Below, piece after piece: positions 25,662 through 33,869 of a stretch of DNA of 42,180 bases. Location: positions 1-42,180 of IMG/VR virus record IMGVR_UViG_3300045988_015372. One strand, written 5' to 3'. Origin of the DNA: a virus. The stretch's first letter is position 1, and each line of letters starts with the position of its first letter. Made by a program: the position numbers and the translations under genes. Below the pieces are notes generated by a model. It was not told the DNA's origin and made no database searches. It saw only the letters and a list, made by a program, of their open reading frames with translations.

Positions 25662-26216
25662 ATGAAGATCACAAAGGAACTTTTGAAGGAGAAAGGCGCG
25701 TGTGCCGCTGGCTATCGTGATTTTTTGAAGGAATATCCGGTGGACAAGTATCCGGACGGCGTGGAGTATCAGGAACTTTTGGACTGCTGTGCGGAAAAGA
25801 ATTTTAGCTACGGCTCGTGGCTGCTGGGCGCGTTCGGGAAAACGGATGAAGTCCGCAAGATCGACGGAGATTTGATCGTAGAGAAAGGCATCATCTTTGC
25901 CGGACGGCTTGAAGTCAAAGGCTGCATCAAGGCTGGCTGCGGCATCAAGGCTGGCTGGGGCATCAAGGCTGGCAGGGGCATCGAGGCTGGCGAGGGCATC
26001 GAGGCTGGCTGTGGCATCGAGGCTGGCGAGGGCATCGAGGCTGGCTGTGGCATCGAGGCTGGCATGGGTATCGAGGCTGGTGATGAATTTGGTATTTATG
26101 CTGGTCTGCGCTGCCGTATCACGAATAAAACTCAACGCAAGATCATCGCAAAAAATCGCCCGGAGAACATCATGTGTGGCGAATTTGAGGAAAAGAAAGA
26201 TGACGCAGTGCGATAA
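25662..26216 (+). CDS. Hypothetical protein with about ten tandem hexapeptide units (x-G-I-K/E-A-G)
   Basis: RBS AGGAGG precedes ATG 25662 (MKITKELL). The 18-bp units ggcatc[a/g]aggctggcNNN repeat directly from 25915 to 26094. Confidence 0.6.
   Translation: MKITKELLKEKGACAAGYRDFLKEYPVDKYPDGVEYQELLDCCAEKNFSYGSWLLGAFGKTDEVRKIDGDLIVEKGIIFAGRLEVKGCIKAGCGIKAGWGIKAGRGIEAGEGIEAGCGIEAGEGIEAGCGIEAGMGIEAGDEFGIYAGLRCRITNKTQRKIIAKNRPENIMCGEFEEKKDDAVR
25915..26094 (+). repeat. About 10 perfect or near-perfect 18-bp tandem repeats inside CDS 25662..26216
   Basis: ggcatcaaggctggctgc / ggcatcgaggctggcgag units are contiguous with no spacers. Confidence 0.85.
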
Positions 26217-26430
26217 GATTCTGTTTCATCTTCAGACCATCGGCTCCATTACGCCCGTTGAAGCGCTTGACCAGTACGGATGCTTCCGGCTGGCGGCGCG
26301 GGTAGCGGATCTCAAGGCGGAGGGCTGGCCCATCACGAGCGAGATCGTGCAGAAGAAAAACCGGTTTGGCGAAGTCGTGAGATTTGCCAAGTACAGATTG
26401 GAGGACGGCAATGTTTCCGAGAGAACTTGA
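26200..26430 (+). CDS. Small winged-helix DNA-binding protein typical of prophage early regions (76 aa)
   Basis: Product MTQCDKILFHLQTIGSITPVEALDQYGCFRLAARVADLKAEGWPI. Overlaps the upstream gene end. Confidence 0.5.
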   Translation: MTQCDKILFHLQTIGSITPVEALDQYGCFRLAARVADLKAEGWPITSEIVQKKNRFGEVVRFAKYRLEDGNVSERT

Positions 26431-26647
26431 GTTTGACCGGCAGCAGCAAAGCCCGGTCGGCTATGACATCTTCGGCGATGAGGTCTACAAGGGCGACACC
26501 GTGTACTGCGGCGACGAGGGCATGATGTGCGACCCCGGCGATGATAATTACGATTCGAGAAACGCGGCCATGACGCTGCTGGTGCAGCAGCTGGGGACGC
26601 GGTACATTTTGGAGCAGCTTGGCTATGAAAAAAGGGTTATCGAATGA
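26411..26647 (+). CDS. Hypothetical acidic small protein
   Basis: RBS GGAGGA precedes ATG 26411 (MFPRELEF). Confidence 0.45.
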   Translation: MFPRELEFDRQQQSPVGYDIFGDEVYKGDTVYCGDEGMMCDPGDDNYDSRNAAMTLLVQQLGTRYILEQLGYEKRVIE

Positions 26648-26852
26648 GTACGTCCCGGTTGAAGTGCGGTGCAGCGTCTACTTTGAAAAAGACCATATCT
26701 GCTGTGCATTTTGCCCTTTTTATGAGACCTACTCTCGTAAACAGTGCAGATTGACCGGGGAATATCTGTTGAACGAGTACGGCAGAGGTTACTACTGCCG
26801 TCTGGAATTGGAGGATTTGAATGAAACAGTTTCGGACACTGAGGCCGGATGA
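26619..26852 (+). CDS. Cys-rich small protein (77 aa)
   Basis: Product contains CSVYFEKDHICCAFCPFYETYSRKQC. Overlaps its neighbours. Confidence 0.4.
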   Translation: MAMKKGLSNEYVPVEVRCSVYFEKDHICCAFCPFYETYSRKQCRLTGEYLLNEYGRGYYCRLELEDLNETVSDTEAG

Positions 26853-27516
26853 GATCGAGTGCCGCGTTGCCCAGTGCAATGAGAAAGGCGCGTCCATCCT
26901 GCTTTATAAAACCGCCCGGACGGACGCTGACATTCTGGATGAGACGGTCGGCGCGCAGAACTGGGAGAACGACTTTAAGTTGGTGGATGGCGTTCTGTAC
27001 GGCGGGATCGGCATTGACTACGTTGGAAATGGGAAGCTGATCTGGAAATGGGACGCCGGGACGGAGAGCAACACGGAGGCTGAGAAGGGCCGCGCGTCGG
27101 ATGCGTTCAAGCGCGCTGGATTCAAACATGGCATAGGCCGGGAGCTTTATTCCGCGCCGTTTATCTGGATCGACGCTGCGAAATGCGAACGGCTGAAGAA
27201 GAATGACAAAACCGGTCGCTGGCAGTGCTACGACCAGTTCGACGTCACTGAGATCAGCTATGACGATGCCGAGCGGATCAAGACCTTAACATTGGCGCTC
27301 AAGGGCAAAACGGTCTACACCTTCGGACACGGCGCAGCTCCACAGGAGACGAAGCAGACAGCGAAACCCTTCAAATGCTCTGTATGCGGAAACGATGTTG
27401 TTCCAGTTTCCTTTGACGGGAAGAACTATTCCGCTCGAGCGATTGCGGAGCAGACCACAAAGAAGAAGGGACAGTGCATGTGCTGGGACTGCTACATGAA
27501 GGCGGTACAGGCGTGA
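26821..27516 (+). CDS. Rad52/Sak-like single-strand annealing protein with a C-terminal CxxC...CxxC zinc ribbon
   Basis: RBS GGAGGA precedes ATG 26821. Segment GRASDAFKRAGFKHGIGRELY resembles the conserved Rad52/Rad22 core. C-terminus contains CSVCG...CMCWDC. Confidence 0.55.
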   Translation: MKQFRTLRPDEIECRVAQCNEKGASILLYKTARTDADILDETVGAQNWENDFKLVDGVLYGGIGIDYVGNGKLIWKWDAGTESNTEAEKGRASDAFKRAGFKHGIGRELYSAPFIWIDAAKCERLKKNDKTGRWQCYDQFDVTEISYDDAERIKTLTLALKGKTVYTFGHGAAPQETKQTAKPFKCSVCGNDVVPVSFDGKNYSARAIAEQTTKKKGQCMCWDCYMKAVQA

Positions 27517-28076
27517 TGGAACTGACGTTTTCTGCGGCGGACTGGACGATGGATGCCGCCGGGACGTGGCTGCGGATCAAAGCTGACGTGCCGTATAAAG
27601 CGCAGATGTTTTTGGAACACATGATACCGGGCAAAAAGTACGTTGCCGAGATCAAGGAGTTTCGGAAGAAGCGCAGCTTGGATTCCAACAACTATTTCTG
27701 GCAGCTCTGCGACCAGATCGCGGGAAAGCTCGGACGCACGAAGGAAGACCTCTATGTCGAGTACATCAAGGAGGTCGGCGTGTTCAAGGACTTCCATCTT
27801 TCCCGCGACGAGGCTGCGACATTCCGGACGGCATGGTCAATGCTCGGGACAGGCTGGCCGACTGAGGAAGTGGATTACCAGCAGGACGGAGACAACCTTG
27901 TGATCCGCGCCTATTACGGTTCGTCCCGATACAACGCAAAGCAGATGGGACGGATCATCGACCGGGCCGTCGAGGATGCGAAGGACTTGGGCATTGAAAC
28001 ACTGACGCCGGACGAGCTGGCGCGGATGAATCTGGAATGGGGTGAAAGAGCTGCACAGGCAAACAAAGGCAACTAG
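27516..28076 (+). CDS. Hypothetical recombination/replication-associated protein (186 aa)
   Basis: ATG 27516 overlaps the upstream TGA. The ORF track start at 27474 was rejected. Confidence 0.5.
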   Translation: MELTFSAADWTMDAAGTWLRIKADVPYKAQMFLEHMIPGKKYVAEIKEFRKKRSLDSNNYFWQLCDQIAGKLGRTKEDLYVEYIKEVGVFKDFHLSRDEAATFRTAWSMLGTGWPTEEVDYQQDGDNLVIRAYYGSSRYNAKQMGRIIDRAVEDAKDLGIETLTPDELARMNLEWGERAAQANKGN

Positions 28077-28350
28077 CATCCCGGCGGCGGTCAAACAGGC
28101 CGTGTGGGAGCGCGACGGCGGGCGCTGCATCCTCTGCGGGAAACAAGGCAATCCGTGGTGCCATTACATTTCACGGGCACAGGGCGGGCTTGGAATCGAG
28201 CAGAACATCGTGACGCTTTGTGATAAGTGCCACAGACGATTTGACCAATCAGCCGACCGTGCGGCGCTCAAGGACGCGCTGGCGAATTATCTGAGAAGTA
28301 AATATCTTGGATGGGATGAAAAGAATCTGATATACAGAAAGGAATTTTGA
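28042..28350 (+). CDS. HNH endonuclease
   Basis: Product contains CILCG...HYISRAQGG...N...CDKCH. Start uncertain (GTG 28042). Confidence 0.75.
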   Translation: MKELHRQTKATSIPAAVKQAVWERDGGRCILCGKQGNPWCHYISRAQGGLGIEQNIVTLCDKCHRRFDQSADRAALKDALANYLRSKYLGWDEKNLIYRKEF

Positions 28351-28351
28351 A

Positions 28352-28762
28352 ATGGCATTGAATCAAATTGCGATCTTCGGACGGATGACAAGAGATCCGG
28401 AGAAACGTGTCACGCAGAGCGGAACCACAGTGACGAGCTTCACGCTGGCCTGCGACCGGGACTACAAGCCGCAGGGCGGCGAGAAAGAAACGGACTTTAT
28501 CGACTGCGTCATCTTCGGGAAGTTCGCGGACACCGTGGCTACATACTTCTTCAAGGGCAGCGCGGCCATTGTGACCGGACGGTTGCAGATCCGCAACTGG
28601 GAGGACAAGGAGGGCAATAAACGCCGCTCGGCGGAGATCCTTGCCGATCACGTCTACTTTGGTGAGGCCAAGAGAGACAAGACGACGCAGGGTGAACCGC
28701 AATACGACCCGCAAGGCGGTTTCAGTGAGATCGAGGACATCGATACCACCTTGCCGTGGTGA
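28352..28762 (+). CDS. ssb: Single-stranded DNA-binding protein
   Basis: OB-fold SSB pattern (IAIFGRMTRDPE...TSFTLACDR...DFIDCVIFGKFA) and C-terminal acidic tail IEDIDTTLPW. Confidence 0.8.
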   Translation: MALNQIAIFGRMTRDPEKRVTQSGTTVTSFTLACDRDYKPQGGEKETDFIDCVIFGKFADTVATYFFKGSAAIVTGRLQIRNWEDKEGNKRRSAEILADHVYFGEAKRDKTTQGEPQYDPQGGFSEIEDIDTTLPW

Positions 28763-28768
28763 TGAGGT

Positions 28769-29521
28769 ATGGCAAAGAACAAAGACCCTGCTGTCCTGTT
28801 CTACACGTCGGATTTCCTCTCCGGCTGTGCCCTGATGGATATGCGGGAGCGTGGGCAGTATATCACGCTCCTGTGTCTCCAAAGGGAACGGGGGCACATG
28901 ACGATGCAGGAGATCACACGGGCGGTCAAAAAGCCGTCTGACGAGGTTATGAGCAAGTTCCGGCAGGACGAGGAAGGGAAATACTACAATCACCGTATGG
29001 AGCAGGAGATCGAAAAACGGGATGCACATTGTCAGCGTCAGCGAGAGAACATTGCCAAACGGTGGAATAAAGAAAATGCTCACTCTGGTATACCGAATGG
29101 TAACACTGACGGTAATACCACGGTATTACCTTTAGGAAATGGAAATGGAAATAGAAAAGAAAGTGTTTCTATTTCTGAGAAGGAACGTAAGGACGATAAG
29201 TTTGACGTATTCTGGAAAGCATACCCTCGGAAAATTGGAAAAGGGGACGCGAGAAAGGCGTTTGCGAAGGTCAAGGTGCCTGTGGAAACGCTCCTGTCGG
29301 CCATAGAGCAGCAAACACGCAGCGAGCAATGGACGAGGGAGAATGGGCGCTTTATCCCGAATCCGGCCACCTGGCTAAATCAGGGGCGCTGGGAGGACGA
29401 GCTTGCATCGCCGGAGAGTAAATATCACGCAAAACCGGGCTATGGCGTTCAAAGGCACGGCGATAAGCTCACCGACTTTGAACGCGAGGCCATTGCACGG
29501 ATGATGGAGGACGACCCATGA
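28769..29521 (+). CDS. Replisome organizer / replication initiator (DUF1376-like N-terminal domain, low-complexity linker, conserved C-terminal domain FDVFWKAYPRKIGK...NPATWLNQGRWEDE)
   Basis: N-terminal VLFYTSDFLSGCALMDMRERGQYITLLCLQ. C-terminal motif is common in Firmicutes phage replication proteins (established knowledge). Confidence 0.65.
   Translation: MAKNKDPAVLFYTSDFLSGCALMDMRERGQYITLLCLQRERGHMTMQEITRAVKKPSDEVMSKFRQDEEGKYYNHRMEQEIEKRDAHCQRQRENIAKRWNKENAHSGIPNGNTDGNTTVLPLGNGNGNRKESVSISEKERKDDKFDVFWKAYPRKIGKGDARKAFAKVKVPVETLLSAIEQQTRSEQWTRENGRFIPNPATWLNQGRWEDELASPESKYHAKPGYGVQRHGDKLTDFEREAIARMMEDDP
29085..29160. promoter_or_regulatory. Candidate replication origin embedded in the linker of the replisome-organizer gene
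   Basis: Four GGTAnnACC-type iterons (GGTATACC, GGTAACAC, GGTAATACC, GGTATTACC). The last two form palindrome GGTAATACC-AC-GGTATTACC at 29111-29130. GGAAAT occurs 3 times in tandem. The island is AT-rich inside a GC-rich gene. Confidence 0.5.
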
Positions 29522-29588
29522 GAACGACAAACTGCGGCTATTTAGCCGCGCGAAACGCTGCACAGATGCAGCGGGAAAGGAACGGAAA

Positions 29589-29924
29589 ATGCTTCTCGAA
29601 AAACTGGCGAGGGCAATCGCCTGTAAGCACTGTGAAAATCCCTCGAAGCTCTATGAGCTTCAAATCCATGCCGACGAACAGGTCCGCGAAATCCTCCGGC
29701 TAAACCATGTGCTGGATGAGGTCAAAAAGGAGCGCGAGGCGGCACGTCAAGCGACTGACGAAAAGCAACTGTTGCTGGAGGATGCGGTTGAAACTCTCGC
29801 TGTTATTTCAGAGAAATGCTGCGGCACCTGCGGCAAGAAGTGCCGAGTGAAGCCGAAGCCGGGAGAACTGTCCCGTTACAACTGCCACCTGTGGGTGCAG
29901 AAGGAGCCGGAACATGACGATTGA
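29589..29924 (+). CDS. Hypothetical coiled-coil protein with C-terminal Cys cluster (CCGTCGKKC)
   Basis: RBS GGAAAGGAACGG precedes ATG 29589. The competing ORF 29518..29703 is Arg-rich and out of frame. Confidence 0.5.
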   Translation: MLLEKLARAIACKHCENPSKLYELQIHADEQVREILRLNHVLDEVKKEREAARQATDEKQLLLEDAVETLAVISEKCCGTCGKKCRVKPKPGELSRYNCHLWVQKEPEHDD

Positions 29925-30291
29925 GTTCACTGTGCCCTATCCCGTTCGCAAGAGCGCGTGGACGAAGCGCTATGGATTCAACGCCTATTGGGCCGGAAAG
30001 AAACCTTGCGTCCGGGCGGCGGACGCCAGAGACCTTGAGACGTTTGTGCGGCTGTGCCTGAGACAACAGGGCGTTCCGGTTCGGCTGTTTGAAAAGCCTG
30101 TGTCCATTTCCTTTTGGCACAGTACCCGCATGGACATCGACAACCATGCGGCGATCGAGAAGATGACCGTGGATGCGATTAAAGGCTGGCTGCTCCGGAA
30201 CGATGACCGGCGGCATTACAGAGAGAAACATAGCTTTTTCCACGATGAAAATTACATGAGGGTGGTGATCTCGGATGAAGCCGCCATGTGA
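29914..30291 (+). CDS. rusA: RusA-like Holliday junction resolvase
   Basis: 125-aa product with the acidic catalytic cluster RMDIDNHAAIEKMTVDAIKG (D-x-D-N pattern of the RusA family). Confidence 0.65.
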   Translation: MTIEFTVPYPVRKSAWTKRYGFNAYWAGKKPCVRAADARDLETFVRLCLRQQGVPVRLFEKPVSISFWHSTRMDIDNHAAIEKMTVDAIKGWLLRNDDRRHYREKHSFFHDENYMRVVISDEAAM

Positions 30292-30478
30292 GGGGAATTG
30301 TCCGTCTCGGGCAGTGGGGTGCCACACCAAATGTGCGCCGTATCTGGAATACGAGGAAGCAAAACAGGCGGAATATCAGGAGAATTGGGCTGAAAGAGAC
30401 CGGAACGCTTACACTGCGGACGCGGAAAAGCGGTGTAAGAGCGTGGAGAGACTGAGAAAGGCAGGATTGCTGAAATGA
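30275..30478 (+). CDS. Cys-rich small protein (67 aa)
   Basis: Product contains CEGNCPSRAVGCHTKC. Overlaps both neighbours. Confidence 0.35.
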   Translation: MKPPCEGNCPSRAVGCHTKCAPYLEYEEAKQAEYQENWAERDRNAYTADAEKRCKSVERLRKAGLLK

Positions 30479-30930
30479 AAGTACTGGAATTATTCGCTGG
30501 GACGCGCAGCATCGGAAAAGCATTTGGGGCGCGTGGGCACGAAATTTATTCGGTAGAGTGGGATAAGGATTTCGAGAATATCGATCTATATGCTGATGTC
30601 CTGACTGTGACTGCAAAGGACATCTTGGAGAAATTCGGCCATCCAGATGTGATATGGGCCAGCCCGGACTGCACAACATTCTCAATAGCCGCTATATCTC
30701 ACCATCGGCGGAAAAATGCTGAGACCGGGAATCTGGACGCGGTGAGCGAGTACGCGAAATTCTGCGACAAGGTAGATCAGCACGTTTTAGAGCTTATCCG
30801 TGAGCTGCATCCGAGGTACTGGTTCATCGAGAACCCGCGCGGCGGCATATGGTATCGCAATCTTATGACCACGGTTCGCAGTGGAGGGAAAACAGTGTTC
30901 GGCACATCGTTGAGAACGACTACGAACTGA
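30475..30930 (+). pseudogene. Truncated DNA (cytosine-5)-methyltransferase: N-terminal catalytic half only (motifs I, IV, VI)
   Basis: Motif I LFAGTRSIG, PC motif SPDCTTFSIAA and ENV-like FIENP are present. The ORF stops after 151 aa. No TRD or motifs VIII-X appear in any frame before the next gene at 30975. Confidence 0.5.
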
Positions 30931-30974
30931 ACATCACGGTTTTCTTCCGCGTGCGCGACGCAGGATAAGGAGGA

Positions 30975-31667
30975 ATGATGATGCATCGACTGACAACGGA
31001 TACCCCGAAGGACAATTTTGAAATGGCGCTCAACCTGTTTTACGTCAAGGACAAAGAAGTTTGGGTGCGCGGATACGGGAAGAACGGCGCAGACATCAGC
31101 CTGTTCGACCTGTCGCGGGATCTGACCAGATGGAACTGCCCGTATGTGGACTTGGATATCTCGGATGATTCCTTCTCGATGATGATGGCCGAATGGCTCT
31201 GGGAAGATGTTGAATCGTTCGAGCACGTTTTGGCTCTGCTCTATCAGGCAGCGTGGGTATGCGCAGAACTGCGTGAACACTTGAAACAGTTTGAGGACAC
31301 AAAACGGACACCGGAGCAGATCGAGGCATTGGAAGCGGCAATCATGGGCAAGGCAGTCGCACAGATTACGGAGTTCGAGGGCCTGCCGGTTGCCCGCCTG
31401 CGGGAGCTGGCCGTGGCCGATAAGGAGGGGCGCGCAATCATCCTGCCGTGCAAGGTTGGCCATCGAGTGTTTGCCCTGCTGGACACGGATAAGCATATAA
31501 GCGAGTGCGAGATCAAGCAGATCGGCCTTGGTAATGAGATCGGATTTGTTGGCCTTGAGCCAATAGGCGCCAGAGGGCGGAAGTATGGCGTAGCGCTAAA
31601 TGGATTTGGCAAAACCGTATTCCTGACGCGAGAAGAAGCTGAAAAGGCGTTGCGGGAAATGGAGTAG
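30975..31667 (+). CDS. Hypothetical protein (230 aa)
   Basis: RBS AAGGAGG followed by ATGATGATG. No recognisable motif. Confidence 0.55.
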   Translation: MMMHRLTTDTPKDNFEMALNLFYVKDKEVWVRGYGKNGADISLFDLSRDLTRWNCPYVDLDISDDSFSMMMAEWLWEDVESFEHVLALLYQAAWVCAELREHLKQFEDTKRTPEQIEALEAAIMGKAVAQITEFEGLPVARLRELAVADKEGRAIILPCKVGHRVFALLDTDKHISECEIKQIGLGNEIGFVGLEPIGARGRKYGVALNGFGKTVFLTREEAEKALREME

Positions 31668-31670
31668 CAG

Positions 31671-31976
31671 ATGAAGAACAGATTGACGGTCAGACACGGA
31701 ATGCTGTCCGACCTCAGAGCATACTTGAAGCAAAGCGGCTGGAAAATCGAAGAACCTGTCGGCGAGTACGAGGTTCTGAGGGCACGAAATCCGAATTACC
31801 CGCGACCACTTCTGGTTCACAACCGGGCAGAACGCGGCGTTGGGTACAGCATCGACGAGCGCGATGCGAAGATTTACAGCGGATGGAAACGGAACCGCCG
31901 CAAGCGTGGCCTCGCCCCAGACTGGCCTACGCAGGAAGAACGGACACGGTATTTTGAAGGAGGGGACGAAGCATGA
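31671..31976 (+). CDS. Hypothetical basic protein (101 aa)
   Basis: ORF tightly packed between its neighbours. Confidence 0.45.
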   Translation: MKNRLTVRHGMLSDLRAYLKQSGWKIEEPVGEYEVLRARNPNYPRPLLVHNRAERGVGYSIDERDAKIYSGWKRNRRKRGLAPDWPTQEERTRYFEGGDEA

Positions 31977-32326
31977 GCTTCGGCAAGAAAACGCGAGAAG
32001 CGGTCTATGCGAAGTATGACGGCCACTGTGCCTACTGCGGACGGTCTATCGACATCCGAGACATGCAGGTTGACCACTTCCGGCCGCTGCGAGCGTGGGA
32101 CGATGAGGATGCAGGAAGCGATGATCTCTCGAACCTCATGCCAGCATGCCGGATGTGCAACCACTACAAGCGGGCAAATTCTCTGGAAACATTCCGGCGG
32201 TATATTGCGGAGATTCCGCGCAAGCTCCGCGAGAACTACATCTACAAGGTGGGCGTGGTTTACGGGAATGTCATTGAAAACGAAAAGCCGATCAAGTTCT
32301 ACTTTGAAGAAATGGAGGGAAAATGA
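31973..32326 (+). CDS. HNH endonuclease (second copy, upstream of the packaging module)
   Basis: Product contains CAYCG...DHFRP...NLMPACRMCNHYK. RBS GAAGGAGGGGA. Confidence 0.75.
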   Translation: MSFGKKTREAVYAKYDGHCAYCGRSIDIRDMQVDHFRPLRAWDDEDAGSDDLSNLMPACRMCNHYKRANSLETFRRYIAEIPRKLRENYIYKVGVVYGNVIENEKPIKFYFEEMEGK

Positions 32327-32505
32327 TGGTAAAAAGAATCTGCGACCGATGCGGAGCCGAAATAAACCCTACAAGTTCGGCAACGTATGTAAACGTAAGG
32401 GGCGCATATCGCGATCCAACGGGAGAAATCGAGCTTTGCTGTTCATGTGGGATGCGCATTCGTGAATGGCTAAAACCGATCGAGGAGGGCAAGAAGGATG
32501 GATAA
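32323..32505 (+). CDS. Zinc-ribbon small protein (CxxC...CxxC, 60 aa)
   Basis: RBS GGAGGG. Product contains CDRCG...CCSCG. Confidence 0.45.
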   Translation: MMVKRICDRCGAEINPTSSATYVNVRGAYRDPTGEIELCCSCGMRIREWLKPIEEGKKDG

Positions 32506-32621
32506 ATCGAAAAATTTTGATAAGACGGAACCTGAGCTTCGGCGGCTGCTGAGCTTGGCTACACCGGATCAAAAGTACTTAATCCTCGGATTTGTCCGGG
32601 GCTTGCTGGGAGGGCGCGGCA

Positions 32622-32789
32622 ATGGATGACGAATATATCAAACGCTCTGACGCGCTCCGCGTGGTACAGGAATACCGGAAGGGGCAGGATGACGAAAAAT
32701 TCATGCTCTGCGGCGTGATCTCTGACCTGACGGAACTGATTGAGGATATTCCAGCGTGGGTACGGCCTCCTAGCTCCATCCGGAGGTAG
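32622..32789 (+). CDS. Small hypothetical protein (55 aa)
   Basis: Start at MDDEYIKRSDALRV (ATG 32622), in frame with the track ORF starting at 32592. Confidence 0.35.
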   Translation: MDDEYIKRSDALRVVQEYRKGQDDEKFMLCGVISDLTELIEDIPAWVRPPSSIRR

Positions 32790-32793
32790 ACGG

Positions 32794-33003
32794 ATGGACT
32801 ACTGGCACAAGGACTGGAAATGTCCATTCTACAAGTACAACGAGCAGCGAAAGGTCTGCTGCGAGGGCGGATGCCGGGTACAGTTTGTGGACAAGTCCTC
32901 TGCGGGGCGGTATATGTCCCGTTACTGCGCGTCCTTCCGCTATGCGGACTGTACGATCGCGCAGTCCAGAATCGAAATTTACGAAGGAGTAAACAGAACA
33001 TGA
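32794..33003 (+). CDS. Cys-rich small protein (69 aa)
   Basis: RBS GGAGGTAG precedes ATG 32794. Product MDYWHKDWKCPFYKYNEQRKVCCEGGCRVQF. Confidence 0.45.
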   Translation: MDYWHKDWKCPFYKYNEQRKVCCEGGCRVQFVDKSSAGRYMSRYCASFRYADCTIAQSRIEIYEGVNRT

Positions 33004-33311
33004 CCAAAATGCAGGAGATTCGAGAACTGAAAAGTAAAATTCAGGGACTTCGGAACCAGAATGAAGGGATGCGCGACAAGTGCATTCGCTTAGAGAAAGA
33101 ATGTGCAGAACTCAGGGCCGGTGCAAAACAGGTGACGGGACTGGTGGATGCGATTCTTGCGCTGATGGCGCGTGAGAATGGCGTGGAGTTTGACGGTGAG
33201 TATGAGCTGTTTTTCCGCAGCGGAGATCTGCGGCAGTATATGGAACACTGGAAGGTGGAGACAACGAAAAGCGAAGGTGTGCTCAAAGTGCGCGCAACCA
33301 AGAAAGAATAA
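33000..33311 (+). CDS. Coiled-coil hypothetical protein (103 aa)
   Basis: ATGA overlap with the upstream gene. Start MTKMQEIRELKSKIQGLRNQNEG. Confidence 0.45.
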   Translation: MTKMQEIRELKSKIQGLRNQNEGMRDKCIRLEKECAELRAGAKQVTGLVDAILALMARENGVEFDGEYELFFRSGDLRQYMEHWKVETTKSEGVLKVRATKKE

Positions 33312-33317
33312 GTGTGG

Positions 33318-33345
33318 GGAAAACCTCGGTATTTTGCCGAGGTTT
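33318..33345 (+). terminator. Terminator hairpin separating the early region from the late packaging operon
   Basis: Stem aacctcgg / ccgaggtt with loop tattttg, followed by tcatcc. Confidence 0.5.
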
Positions 33346-33352
33346 CATCCTG

Positions 33353-33389
33353 TTTACGGGGTGAATTGCATGGGATGGTCTGCTATGCT
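33353..33389 (+). promoter_or_regulatory. Late-operon promoter-like element B: TTTACGGGGTGAA-N18-TATGCT, upstream of terS
   Basis: Exact 13-mer at 33353-33365, 18-nt spacer, TATGCT at 33384-33389. Confidence 0.55.
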
Positions 33390-33431
33390 GGATGCAGAAA
33401 TACAAATAATTCCGAGAAAGGAGGAATCGGG

Positions 33432-33869
33432 ATGGCGAAGTCCGGAAGGAAGCCGAGGTTTGAATCGGCAAAGGAAATGGAAGATCGGATCGACGCATAC
33501 TTTGAACAGTGCAAGGGAGAACCCTTATACGATGAATCCGGGATGCCGGTCTTCGATAAGAAGGGAAACCCGGTTCTGATCCATGAGAAGCCGCCGACCA
33601 TTGTCGGACTGGCGCTGGCATTGGGGTTTACATCGAGGCAAACGCTGCTGAATTATGCGGCAAAGCCGGAATTCGTGGACACAATTACGCGCGGGAAGTC
33701 CCGTGTGGAGGCTTATGCGGCGGAACGGCTCTTTGACCGGGACGGCGCGAAGGGCGCGGAGTTTACACTTGCCTGCAACTTCGGCTGGAAGATGCCGAAG
33801 GAGACGGCGGAAGACGGCGAGAAGGCACAGAGCGGCGTGATCCTGATGCCAGAGGTGCAGGATGGGTAA
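33432..33869 (+). CDS. terS: Terminase small subunit
   Basis: RBS AAAGGAGGAATCGGG precedes ATG 33432. N-terminal HTH-like MAKSGRKPRFESAKEMEDRIDAYFEQC and the PPTIVGLALALGFTSRQTLLNY motif typical of TerS. Lies immediately upstream of TerL. Confidence 0.7.
   Translation: MAKSGRKPRFESAKEMEDRIDAYFEQCKGEPLYDESGMPVFDKKGNPVLIHEKPPTIVGLALALGFTSRQTLLNYAAKPEFVDTITRGKSRVEAYAAERLFDRDGAKGAEFTLACNFGWKMPKETAEDGEKAQSGVILMPEVQDG

Noticed and set aside
25915-26094. A possible CRISPR array, suggested by regular short repeats
   Set aside because: The 18-bp units are contiguous with no spacers, lie in frame inside a CDS and encode a hexapeptide repeat. This is a tandem repeat, not a CRISPR array.
29518-29703. 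The 61-aa ORF MRTTNCGYLAARNAAQMQRERNGKCF...
   Set aside because: Basic, low-complexity product overlapping the better-supported 29589..29924 frame. No RBS of its own beyond ATGA overlap. Possibly real but unsupported.
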